In this document: in pieces, positions 1-7,489 of the stretch
Numbering within the stretch: position 1 is the first letter of the stretch
Layout: each line of letters opens with the position of its first letter
Assembly: GCA_026014495.1 (NCBI GenBank)
Contig: JAOZIF010000156.1
Span: forward strand, 1 to 15,009
Length of the DNA: 15,009 nt
Reading direction: 5' to 3'
Source: Candidatus Bathyarchaeum sp.
GTDB taxonomy: Archaea; Thermoproteota; Bathyarchaeia; Bathyarchaeales; Bathyarchaeaceae
Notes under the pieces: model-generated
The model's database searches: none
The model's input: only the letters and a program-made list of their open reading frames with translations
Told to the model about the DNA's origin: nothing
Made by a program: the position numbers and the translations under genes

Positions 1-1876
1 GATAGTTTGGTGAGTGCTCATGGTTGTAGGTGTAAACCTTTCCGTCAGCAATAGTGCCAATGAATGTTGGATAGTTGCCCCAGATTGATTCGTAGCCTGC
101 GTAGGTTTCGTTGTATTTCCAGCTTGTTGTTCCGTCTAGCGTGTTGTATGCGAAGACTTCTCCACCATAGCCTTGGGTGTATAGGTTGCCGTATGCAGGA
201 TAACCAGTCTTTACCATGTACATTACAGCGCCATAGTATGAGAAGGCGCGGTATGGCTCAGTGGTTGGACCCCACACTAGCTCTCCAGTGTCAAGGCTGT
301 AGCCTGACCATTGCATAGTTTCGTCGTCTCCTACCATGAACACGCGGTTTTCCGCGTCAACATGAGTTCCGCTTATTCTTCGGGTAATGTTGTTTGCTGG
401 TGCAGCATAGTTTTGTATCCACAGTAGTTGACCTCTTGTGCCGTCGTCTCGGTCACTGATAGCCCACATTGTCCAAGGATCAGGAGTTCCAGCCTGCCTA
501 AAGTTTGGCCATGTGGTGCTGGTGCCAAGAATCAAATCGCCGGGGATAACAGCAGTGATTGCTGGAGAACCGTCACCAGGCAAATCAGGTATTGTCACAT
601 TCCATGTGTATGCTTTGCTCATGTCAACTTCTTTTCCAACAGGTCGCCACTGATAGTCAGCGCTGTCTGTTCCAGAGCCGTATCCAGCTGTGCCTTCTAG
701 GCCTACGTTGTGTGCGGTGCTGTTCCATAGTGCGAGCCATCTTTCTCCGTAATTGAGTACGTAGCGTACTATTCCGCCTTCGTCGGTGTAGACTTCTGTG
801 CCAGATGGGACATTAGTTAAGTTGTAATAGTTTTCTCCGGTGAATGCGTCGTAGCCAATCCATTTGCTGCCAGAAGCCTGCCATAGAACACCTTGAACAA
901 CTCCGTGCTGATTAAGTGACTCATAGTCATAGAGTTGCCCGAAAGTTGGATTAATGTCGTCACGAGACCATAGTTCTTCACCAGTTAGCAAATCTACACA
1001 AGCATATTTCCAACCAGCACTGCGACCTCCTCCAGAGTGCCCAAACGGATACTGGAAGTACAATCGTCCATACATGATTATTGCACTGCTAAATCTGCCT
1101 TCATATGAACCGCCAGAATAAAAGCCCACACCAGGAATTGATGTTTCGCCTCCAACAACACCTCCAAACTGCGTCTCTAGTGTCCACAAGATGTGGGCGC
1201 TGTTAGGTGCAATTCCAGATTCTTGGAACAGACCAGTAATTTGGCTTCCGCCCAGCCAATGGGATGAAACAGTTGCCCATGCTGTGTTTTGGCCTTCAAT
1301 GGGTCGTGTCCAGTACTCTGTTGGAAGTGGATAATCAGGGATTTTCTCTATTGGATCTTCTTGTACAGTGAGGTATTCTGTTGCACTGCTGCCTATGTAA
1401 GTATCGTTAACAAAGACATCCTGTCCTCGTCCGATCAGGTATGATTCGCTTGCAGGTGGAAGACCTGTAGGGCCGTACCAACTCAGTACTTGTCCAGGAT
1501 AATCGAAAACGAATTCGTATGTTCCGATTTGGGTAGGGGTGTATATAGCCCATGCTGAACCTGTTGGGTCAGAATTTCCTACATCAATTACTTCTGTTGT
1601 TTCATCAGGTGCTGTGATAGTGATAGTGAAGTCGCGCCATCTGTCACCGCCAATTCCAGATGCGGTTGGCGGGTTTGGATGGACCCACATTATGACATAT
1701 ACGCTTTGGCCGACGCCTACTGGGTTTGGTGATAGTGCAACGTATGCGTAAGTTGGAATTGTCCATGCAGGATCATGTGCAGTGGTGATAGGTAGAGCAA
1801 TTAGTATAGAAGTGAAGCTTAACACCAGAATTAAAGTAACTGTAGTAGCAATTGTTTTGTTTTTTTGGATTTCCAT
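1..1876 (-). CDS. Secreted PQQ-like beta-propeller repeat surface protein (Bathyarchaeia-type); 3' end runs off the window; 625 aa visible
   Basis: Hand-translated from ATG at 1876 with no stop to the window edge; absent from the ORF track. Starts MEIQKNKTIATTVTLILVLSFTSILIALPITTA|HDPAW (signal peptide). PQQ-like blade motifs: YACVDLLTGEELWS, WIGYDAFTGEN, WSGYSLDTGELVWGP, VFAYNTLDGTTSWKY, IADGKVYTYNHEHSP. AAGGAG lies upstream at ~1889-1894. Confidence 0.9.
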   Translation of the reverse strand, partial: MEIQKNKTIATTVTLILVLSFTSILIALPITTAHDPAWTIPTYAYVALSPNPVGVGQSVYVIMWVHPNPPTASGIGGDRWRDFTITITAPDETTEVIDVGNSDPTGSAWAIYTPTQIGTYEFVFDYPGQVLSWYGPTGLPPASESYLIGRGQDVFVNDTYIGSSATEYLTVQEDPIEKIPDYPLPTEYWTRPIEGQNTAWATVSSHWLGGSQITGLFQESGIAPNSAHILWTLETQFGGVVGGETSIPGVGFYSGGSYEGRFSSAIIMYGRLYFQYPFGHSGGGRSAGWKYACVDLLTGEELWSRDDINPTFGQLYDYESLNQHGVVQGVLWQASGSKWIGYDAFTGENYYNLTNVPSGTEVYTDEGGIVRYVLNYGERWLALWNSTAHNVGLEGTAGYGSGTDSADYQWRPVGKEVDMSKAYTWNVTIPDLPGDGSPAITAVIPGDLILGTSTTWPNFRQAGTPDPWTMWAISDRDDGTRGQLLWIQNYAAPANNITRRISGTHVDAENRVFMVGDDETMQWSGYSLDTGELVWGPTTEPYRAFSYYGAVMYMVKTGYPAYGNLYTQGYGGEVFAYNTLDGTTSWKYNETYAGYESIWGNYPTFIGTIADGKVYTYNHEHSPNY

Positions 1877-1925
1877 TTTTCATTTTTTCTCCTTTTAATG
1901 CGCGAGTGAAGGGTATAAAATAAAA

Positions 1926-1940
1926 TATATTTAACTTTTT
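1926..1940 (-). promoter_or_regulatory. Archaeal BRE/TATA promoter of the beta-propeller gene
   Basis: Minus strand reads AAAAAGTTAAATATA ~50 nt upstream of the ATG; nearly the same as AAAAGCTTAAATATTTT upstream of the rnfD-like gene. Confidence 0.6.
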
Positions 1941-2231
1941 TCTCATCCCCATAAGGACGAATAACTGAACATGTTAGTGTTGACTGATTTTCTTTATGAA
2001 TTATTAAATTGAATATTTATTTGATTCATCATCATTAACAAGCAGTATTTAAGCAATTTATCACATCAATTAGTTAACAATAGGCCTCTATTTAATGAGA
2101 ATGGATACAGGCAAAGAGGTAGTGCAAGGTGTAACTCGTTGTGCGTACTAATAGCAAATGCAAGATGTATAATTCATAGCGTTTAGTTGAGATAAACAGG
2201 CACATTCAAGAAGTGCACCTAAAAATATTTA

Positions 2232-3086
2232 TTACTTTTTGGCGATCCAAGAGCTCATTTCAGGTTTGCACATAGATTTATACAGATAGAAAATTGGATT
2301 TGGGAACCATGTTCCTTTAAGGTGATAGTCTTTGCGTGTGAAAGAATCAAAGTTTTCCTTTTCAAATAGGTGCTCTATTTGTTCATGGTCTATATGATGA
2401 TCTTTTTTGTGCCAATAGTCAGACATAGTATAGTCAAGAGAAGGAACAGATATTCCCACAAGTTGGAAATACAAAGTATTGAGTATTGGATTAGAATGGA
2501 AATAAAGATGCTTTAACAAGTGTGGCAAAAGACGCGGTTCATTGTTCCAATAAGACGGAGATGCTTCATGATCTAAATACAGAACACCTCCTTGTTTTAA
2601 AAACACAGAAAGTTTTTGAATAGCACCCAAGTAATCGGGCAGATGATGAAGCACAGAATAACAAGTGATTAAGTCAAATTCGCCTTCATCAAAGTTCACA
2701 TCTTCGATCGGCGAGCTAATAACAGTTAATTGTTTAGAATTCACATAAGATTTGTAAGTTGTTTCCAAAAGGCTGCACATTTCCGCAGAAATATCCACCG
2801 CAGTTACGACATAGCCCATCTTTAGAAGTTTGCCAGTTAAATTCCCAGTACCTGCCCCAAAATCAAGAGCCTTTTTTACAGGGGTAACATCAGCCATGAG
2901 ATTATCTATCATCTTCAAAGTAGAGATTATTCGTTTCTGTTCATACGGATTATATACTTCTGGATGAACTAGAGTGTAATATTTTGCCTCGAAACGATGG
3001 AGCTCAACGTTTGCGGCATGAATTTTTTCTCGAAGATCGTCAGATGACAACAAATGCCCGTTATCATTCAACTTTTTTGACTTCAT
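2232..3086 (-). CDS. Class I SAM-dependent methyltransferase
   Basis: Motif I ALDFGAGTG, VTAVDIS, and FDLITCYSVLHH. Starts 28 bp after the radical SAM stop at 3115, so probably co-transcribed with it. Confidence 0.9.
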   Translation of the reverse strand: MKSKKLNDNGHLLSSDDLREKIHAANVELHRFEAKYYTLVHPEVYNPYEQKRIISTLKMIDNLMADVTPVKKALDFGAGTGNLTGKLLKMGYVVTAVDISAEMCSLLETTYKSYVNSKQLTVISSPIEDVNFDEGEFDLITCYSVLHHLPDYLGAIQKLSVFLKQGGVLYLDHEASPSYWNNEPRLLPHLLKHLYFHSNPILNTLYFQLVGISVPSLDYTMSDYWHKKDHHIDHEQIEHLFEKENFDSFTRKDYHLKGTWFPNPIFYLYKSMCKPEMSSWIAKK

Positions 3087-3114
3087 AGCTTAACCACAAC
3101 AAGAACACACAACA

Positions 3115-4500
3115 TCAAAGTTTAGCCTTAATCGCTCTGAGAAGATGCGCAAAAGCCGTTTTTGTTGCTGAAAAACCATACACCCCACCTTTAGAGAACA
3201 TACGCAGAATATAGGTAGGACGAATGTAAAACCTATGAAACGCATGTTCACGAAGTTCCCTCAACTCTTGCATACTCATTGTTGGAAGTTCAAAGATTGG
3301 AGTCGCTGTGTCGTACTTATCAAAATCAGTTACCCTCAGCCAACCCATCTTCTTTACAGTGTCAGCCATTGGAGTACCAGGGTAAGGCGTGGCGATATAG
3401 TAACCAACATCATCAGGGTCTAAGGCTTCAACAAGTTTAATCGTTTCCCATGCAGATTCTTTGGTTTCACCTGGAAATCCTAAAACTACACTTGCAATGG
3501 TTATCAGTCCAACTTCCTTTGCCAACTTGAAAGCATTCTTTGTTTTATTTGGAGTAAAGCCTTTTCCCATCGCATCTATGACATGCTGCGAACCTGCCTC
3601 AACACCTAACCACACGGCAATGCAACCAGCATCTTTCATTGTCTGAAGCAAATCCTTTGTAATCATGTCAACACGTGTGCCACAATCCCAAGTTACGTTA
3701 AGTTTCCGATCATGCAGTTCTCTACAGATCTCTCTAACTCTAGACTGATCAACAGTGAATGCATCATCATAAAAAGTAAACTTGTCTGCTCCGAAAGTTT
3801 TGTGAAGGTGTTCAATCTCGTCAACAACGTTCTTTGCACTACGCATCCGATATCCTCGACCAAACATCCTAACAGCAGAACAGAATTCGCACCAAAAAGT
3901 GCAACCGCGGCTTGTCATTAAAGGAAATATTACATCGCCATATTTTTTAAGCCGCTCAATAGGCCAGAGGTGATGAGCAGGAAACGGTAAACTGTCAAGG
4001 TCTTCTATGTAAGGCCTGTCAGGGTTACGAACAATTTCTTCACCCTTTCTGCAGGTTACGCCTAAAACATCATAGAAATCCTTGCCAGCCTCCAACAACT
4101 CCACAAGCTCCAGTATTGTGATTTCACCCTCTTTACGAACAACAACATCCAAATCAGGACATTCCTGCAAGGCCTTATCATCCCAAAACGTAACGTGCAC
4201 ACCCCCAAGAAGGGTTAAGCACTCTGGATGAACCTGCTTGGCAATCGTTGCTATTCGAAGCGCAGACTTGTATGTAAGAGTGGTTGAGGTCGTTCCAACT
4301 ATGTCAGGTTTACGTTTACTAAGTTCGGTTTTAAATTCATTATACGATATTTTGAGGGCTTGGCAGTCGATTACATCAACTTTGTAGTTGTTTTTTTCTA
4401 AAACAGCAGCTAAGTACCCAAGACCTAAGGGAGTGAAAGGGGGATGTTGATGGGAACCCTCAGGGTAAGGTGGATTAACAAGAGTTACATGCAGTGTCAT
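3115..4500 (-). CDS. Cobalamin-binding radical SAM protein (class B-like), copy 1, 461 aa
   Basis: N-terminal B12-binding domain (VTLVNPP..PLGLGYLAAVL, LGGVH, KEGE), SRGCTFWCEFC (CxxxCxxC), FYDD, GVEAGS, TPYPGT. Start moved from the track's TTG at 4620 to ATG at 4500, which matches the paralog's start and length and has AGGT upstream. Confidence 0.92.
   Translation of the reverse strand: MTLHVTLVNPPYPEGSHQHPPFTPLGLGYLAAVLEKNNYKVDVIDCQALKISYNEFKTELSKRKPDIVGTTSTTLTYKSALRIATIAKQVHPECLTLLGGVHVTFWDDKALQECPDLDVVVRKEGEITILELVELLEAGKDFYDVLGVTCRKGEEIVRNPDRPYIEDLDSLPFPAHHLWPIERLKKYGDVIFPLMTSRGCTFWCEFCSAVRMFGRGYRMRSAKNVVDEIEHLHKTFGADKFTFYDDAFTVDQSRVREICRELHDRKLNVTWDCGTRVDMITKDLLQTMKDAGCIAVWLGVEAGSQHVIDAMGKGFTPNKTKNAFKLAKEVGLITIASVVLGFPGETKESAWETIKLVEALDPDDVGYYIATPYPGTPMADTVKKMGWLRVTDFDKYDTATPIFELPTMSMQELRELREHAFHRFYIRPTYILRMFSKGGVYGFSATKTAFAHLLRAIKAKL
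3956..4048. repeat. 93-bp perfect direct repeat of 9859..9951 (inside the radical SAM paralogs)
   Basis: Base-by-base comparison: identical from tcaataggcc to cttcacccttt, with a mismatch at each end; offset 5903. Confidence 0.9.
4346..4412. repeat. 67-bp perfect direct repeat of 10249..10315 (inside the radical SAM paralogs)
   Basis: Identical from gatattttgagg to cagcagcta; offset 5903. Confidence 0.9.
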
Positions 4501-4565
4501 TGTTCTTACCTGAACGTATTTTGTTATACAACTACAAGAAACCCTATGCTTAATATGTTTTACAT
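4501..4565 (-). promoter_or_regulatory. Promoter/leader of radical SAM copy 1, duplicated at 10404..10467
   Basis: Minus strand AAAACATATTAAG (BRE/TATA-like) ~50 nt upstream of the ATG, and AGGTAAGAACA-ATG. Aligns to the copy 2 upstream region with 1 indel and 5 mismatches in ~65 bp. Confidence 0.7.
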
Positions 4566-4630
4566 TAAACCAATTAGAATAGCCTAGACCAAAATAACGA
4601 AGTGAACAAGAAAACGCCAATAGTTACAAC

Positions 4631-4670
4631 AAAAAAATAACATTAACAAAAAGTAAAAAGGGGGAAGGGG
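4631..4670 (-). terminator. Pyrimidine/oligo-T terminator after the membrane protein gene
   Basis: Minus strand CCCCTTCCCCCTTTTTACTTTTTG...TTATTTTTTT begins ~30 nt after the stop at 4701. Confidence 0.55.
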
Positions 4671-4700
4671 ATGATTGGGGGATTTTTGTTCCAGATATGA

Positions 4701-5345
4701 TTAGCCCATTTGTTTTGGACTAATACCGAACCATCCGAACAGTGTAGCAAATAGTGGTACTAGGATACCGTAGATTAAACGCGGTAGCAAGTTAAGGAAT
4801 AAACTATTTTCAGTTAGGTCACCAGTAAAGAGTGAATCTCCGGTCACCATACCAAAGGGCGAGATTAATTGTGTCCATAACAGGAACATTCCACCGATAA
4901 TGCCAGCTACAAGTCCAGCAACAACCATTCTACGGAAGCTAAACGAGTCTCTGTTCAGGGCTCCAGCGATGTAACCAGTAAGCATTGCACATACAACGTA
5001 TCCAAGGTTGCTTATTTCTCCAACCATCATAGTATTGGCATCAAAAGCACCCAGAGCAGCAAACGTGTCATTCACGTATAATGCATATATGCTGCCTAGC
5101 ATGAAACCTGCGCCTCCACCAGCCCATTTATTCCAAACGAGCCCAGCAAACATTGGAATACCTACAGTCAGAAGTGCCTCTCCAAGTCCATCTACTAGTA
5201 TAGAGTTTAGAATACCGCTTGAATCAACGTCGTTAATAATAGAACGAAGTTCTGTTGGAAAAATGATAATCAAGAAACCAACGATAACGGGTATAATTAT
5301 TCCCCAAAGGATGTCATTTAGTTTCCAATCTGTCCAGCTTGCCAT
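4701..5345 (-). CDS. Hypothetical integral membrane protein (~6 TM), possibly ECF transporter S-component-like
   Basis: 214 aa with about six hydrophobic, Gly-rich segments (e.g. IPMFAGLVWNKWAGGGAGFMLGSIYAL, VVAGLVAGIIGGMFLLW). Has an AAGGAGA RBS and its own TATA box. The S-component assignment is inference only. Confidence 0.75.
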   Translation of the reverse strand: MASWTDWKLNDILWGIIIPVIVGFLIIIFPTELRSIINDVDSSGILNSILVDGLGEALLTVGIPMFAGLVWNKWAGGGAGFMLGSIYALYVNDTFAALGAFDANTMMVGEISNLGYVVCAMLTGYIAGALNRDSFSFRRMVVAGLVAGIIGGMFLLWTQLISPFGMVTGDSLFTGDLTENSLFLNLLPRLIYGILVPLFATLFGWFGISPKQMG

Positions 5346-5388
5346 TTTTTGTTATCTCCTTTCTTTTTTCCCTTTTACTATCATTATA

Positions 5389-5402
5389 CATTTATATTTT
5401 GC
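5389..5402 (-). promoter_or_regulatory. Candidate BRE/TATA for the membrane protein gene
   Basis: Minus strand GCAAAATATAAAT ~45 nt upstream of ATG 5345. Confidence 0.5.
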
Positions 5403-5603
5403 GTATACGTCAATTTGCAAACAAGATTGCGCATGTTTTTCGTAAGAAATAGTGGTTTTAGCAGTTAAAAACATATCAAAGGGAAAAAAGAAGAATGAAC
5501 AAAACTCAATGCAACTGGTTATGGATTGAAAAAAGAAAAAATGTTTTAGGCAAGTTGCCAAAATCTGGTTAAAGACTAGTGCATTAAAAAAGACACAGTA
5601 ACT

Positions 5604-5649
5604 AAAAGAAAAAGAAAGAAAGTAATGTGTACGCAAGAATTGCGCACAC
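5604..5649 (-). terminator. Stem-loop plus U-tract terminator after the rnfD-like gene
   Basis: Minus strand GTGTGCGCAA-TTC-TTGCGTACAC (10-bp stem, one G-U pair; 5649..5627) followed by ATTACTTTCTTTCTTTTTCTTTT, ~20 nt after the stop. Confidence 0.7.
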
Positions 5650-5668
5650 TTTTAGATTGTTGTGGCAG

Positions 5669-7015
5669 CTATTGTTTCTTTATTTTGTCTCTAGCTGAAA
5701 CGATTATAGATTTCAAATCGATTCTTGCTGGACAAACGAAAGAGCAGTGACCACAGTTGTCACAGTATGCAGCGCCTAGTTTTTCGACTCTTGCCCAATT
5801 GCCTTTGTCGGCGGCTTCCTTGATCATTATAACTGGCAGATTCTTGCAGCATGTAGTCAGGCAGCGTCCACAGCGGACACAGTCAGTGGTCATTTGATCG
5901 CCAAGTTTTTTGGCTTTTGGAAGCTTTATTTTGAGTCTGGTTGTGCTTGCTTTTGGAAGTCCGACGCGATCAAGCAAAGGACACATTAAGTTCATGATCG
6001 GCAAAGCGAGAATAGATGCACCCAAGAATCCAGTGTATGTTTGAATGACTACAGTCAGTATTGCTAAGCCTGCACCGAATATGATTTGGCCTAGACGAGT
6101 CAGTGGAGTTGTTGCGGGGTCAGTTGCCATAAAGAATGCCATAAAGATCGAGCTACCCATGAATACATGGAATAATACTCTAAGCACGATGTCTCCACCG
6201 AAAATGCCTCCCATAACTGCAGAAACTATTACAGTAGTTACGAGGTAGGCTAGAGTTATTCTCCATTTAATGTATCCGCGGCAAGCTGCAAACAGAGCAA
6301 GTCCCATCAGAATCACAACAATGCTTGAAAAGCCACCTATCCAACCGTGATACTTCAGAACCAACATATTGAACAAAACGTCGGGGAGTGGATTATCATA
6401 TGAACCAAAAGTGTATGGGTTCATTGGGTCTAATGAAGGACTTCCATAGCAGGTGATTAGAGTGGTTCCAAGAGTTGTAGTTTCCATTGGATAGTAGTCG
6501 CCAAATAGACCAGCTGTTAGAGGGTTTTGCAGGTCTAGAGAAGCAAGATGGTCTGCAGGTCTTAGAGCGGACATGGATGAGAACATGGGTAAGAATAGCA
6601 ATCCGAGAATCAGCAGTTTCGCGATTGCAGCTGGGTTAACGTATTTTCTTCCAGCTAATCCTTGAATTTTCTTGAAAACAATCAAGCCGACAGCAGAAAT
6701 TAGAGCAGGATATAGGTATTGTTCAAGCCCTCCAGCCAAAACTGGTGTTGATTCAGTTGCCATTGCTGTAGGCAGTCCTAGTGAGTAGGACAGGGCAACG
6801 ATCAAACCGAAGACGGCGGCAGACATTGTGTTTTTTGGGAATCTGTAACTTAGTTTAGCGAACAGCATATCGCAGCCTACGGCGACTCCAACAGAAATTA
6901 GACAGATTACAAGTGAAGAAAGACCAAATGCGAAGTAAGATAGAAATGCGATACCGAATAACGCGGCAAGAGTATACTGCATCATCAAATCTTTTGTCAT
7001 TGGAGCTTTTACCAT
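5669..7015 (-). CDS. rnfD: RnfD/NqrB-family membrane protein fused to a C-terminal RnfC-like 2x[4Fe-4S] domain
   Basis: RnfD motifs YVNPAA, HGWIGGFSS, FMATDPATTPLTRLGQIIFG, MNLMCPLLD. C-terminal CVRCGRCLTTCC...VEKLGAAYCDNCGHCSFVCPARIDL resembles the RnfC Fe-S domain. GAGGT RBS at 7024-7028. Confidence 0.85.
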   Translation of the reverse strand: MVKAPMTKDLMMQYTLAALFGIAFLSYFAFGLSSLVICLISVGVAVGCDMLFAKLSYRFPKNTMSAAVFGLIVALSYSLGLPTAMATESTPVLAGGLEQYLYPALISAVGLIVFKKIQGLAGRKYVNPAAIAKLLILGLLFLPMFSSMSALRPADHLASLDLQNPLTAGLFGDYYPMETTTLGTTLITCYGSPSLDPMNPYTFGSYDNPLPDVLFNMLVLKYHGWIGGFSSIVVILMGLALFAACRGYIKWRITLAYLVTTVIVSAVMGGIFGGDIVLRVLFHVFMGSSIFMAFFMATDPATTPLTRLGQIIFGAGLAILTVVIQTYTGFLGASILALPIMNLMCPLLDRVGLPKASTTRLKIKLPKAKKLGDQMTTDCVRCGRCLTTCCKNLPVIMIKEAADKGNWARVEKLGAAYCDNCGHCSFVCPARIDLKSIIVSARDKIKKQ

Positions 7016-7060
7016 TTCAATTAACCTCTTATGTTTATGTGGGCTAGCTTTCTTAGTGTG

Positions 7061-7077
7061 AAAATATTTAAGCTTTT
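7061..7077 (-). promoter_or_regulatory. BRE/TATA promoter of the rnfD-like gene
   Basis: Minus strand AAAAGCTTAAATATTTT ~50 nt upstream of ATG 7015. Confidence 0.6.
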
Positions 7078-7420
7078 GGACACTCGTCAGCCAAGTGCAC
7101 TTAAGCTAAGTAAAAAATATTCACGAATTATATATAGATTTATTTTATTATTATTTACATTTCTATGCTTTGCTATTGATTTTCTTTTGAAATTGAACAG
7201 TTAAAGAAACTCTCTAGAGCAGATTTTTGGCGAAACAAAATTAACATGAAATGAAAAAAGAGCTGAGCACATTCTGCACACAAAACACTAAAAATGGGGC
7301 AACATATTTGGGACAACCAGACCACAGTAATATGTGAGCAATACAGTAAACTCTGTTTTTGAGAGGTAACGGCGTAATCATGGTTTTACAAACGTTTTTA
7401 GGTTTCCAGAAGCATGATTA

Positions 7421-7445
7421 AACTTGTTTCAAGTTGCTTTAAAAA
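7421..7445 (+). promoter_or_regulatory. Inverted repeat abutting a candidate TATA box of the plus-strand radical SAM gene
   Basis: AACTTG-TTT-CAAGTT (7421-7435) followed by TTTAAAAA (7438-7445), ~45 nt upstream of ATG 7490. Confidence 0.4.
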
Positions 7446-7489
7446 AGAAAAACAGCACCACAGTTCGTGTGTGAAAACAGTGAGTAGAA

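Noticed and set aside
64-1751. Short plus-strand ORFs (64-318, 428-700, 438-653, 559-756, 1539-1751)
   Set aside because: Antisense shadows of the long beta-propeller frame; no motifs.
1877-2231. RNA gene or CRISPR array in the AT-rich intergenic regions (also 7016-7489, 14443-14810)
   Set aside because: No tRNA cloverleaf, regularly spaced repeats or extended stable structure seen by eye.
4501-4620. 40-aa N-terminal extension of radical SAM copy 1 from TTG 4620 in the ORF track
   Set aside because: It runs through the duplicated promoter; the copy 2 equivalent has a 1-bp indel, and both proteins are 461 aa from the aligned ATG.
5352-5636. 94-aa minus-strand ORF between rnfD and the membrane protein gene
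   Set aside because: Phe/Ser-rich translation of T-tracts; it overlaps a terminator, a TATA box and an RBS.
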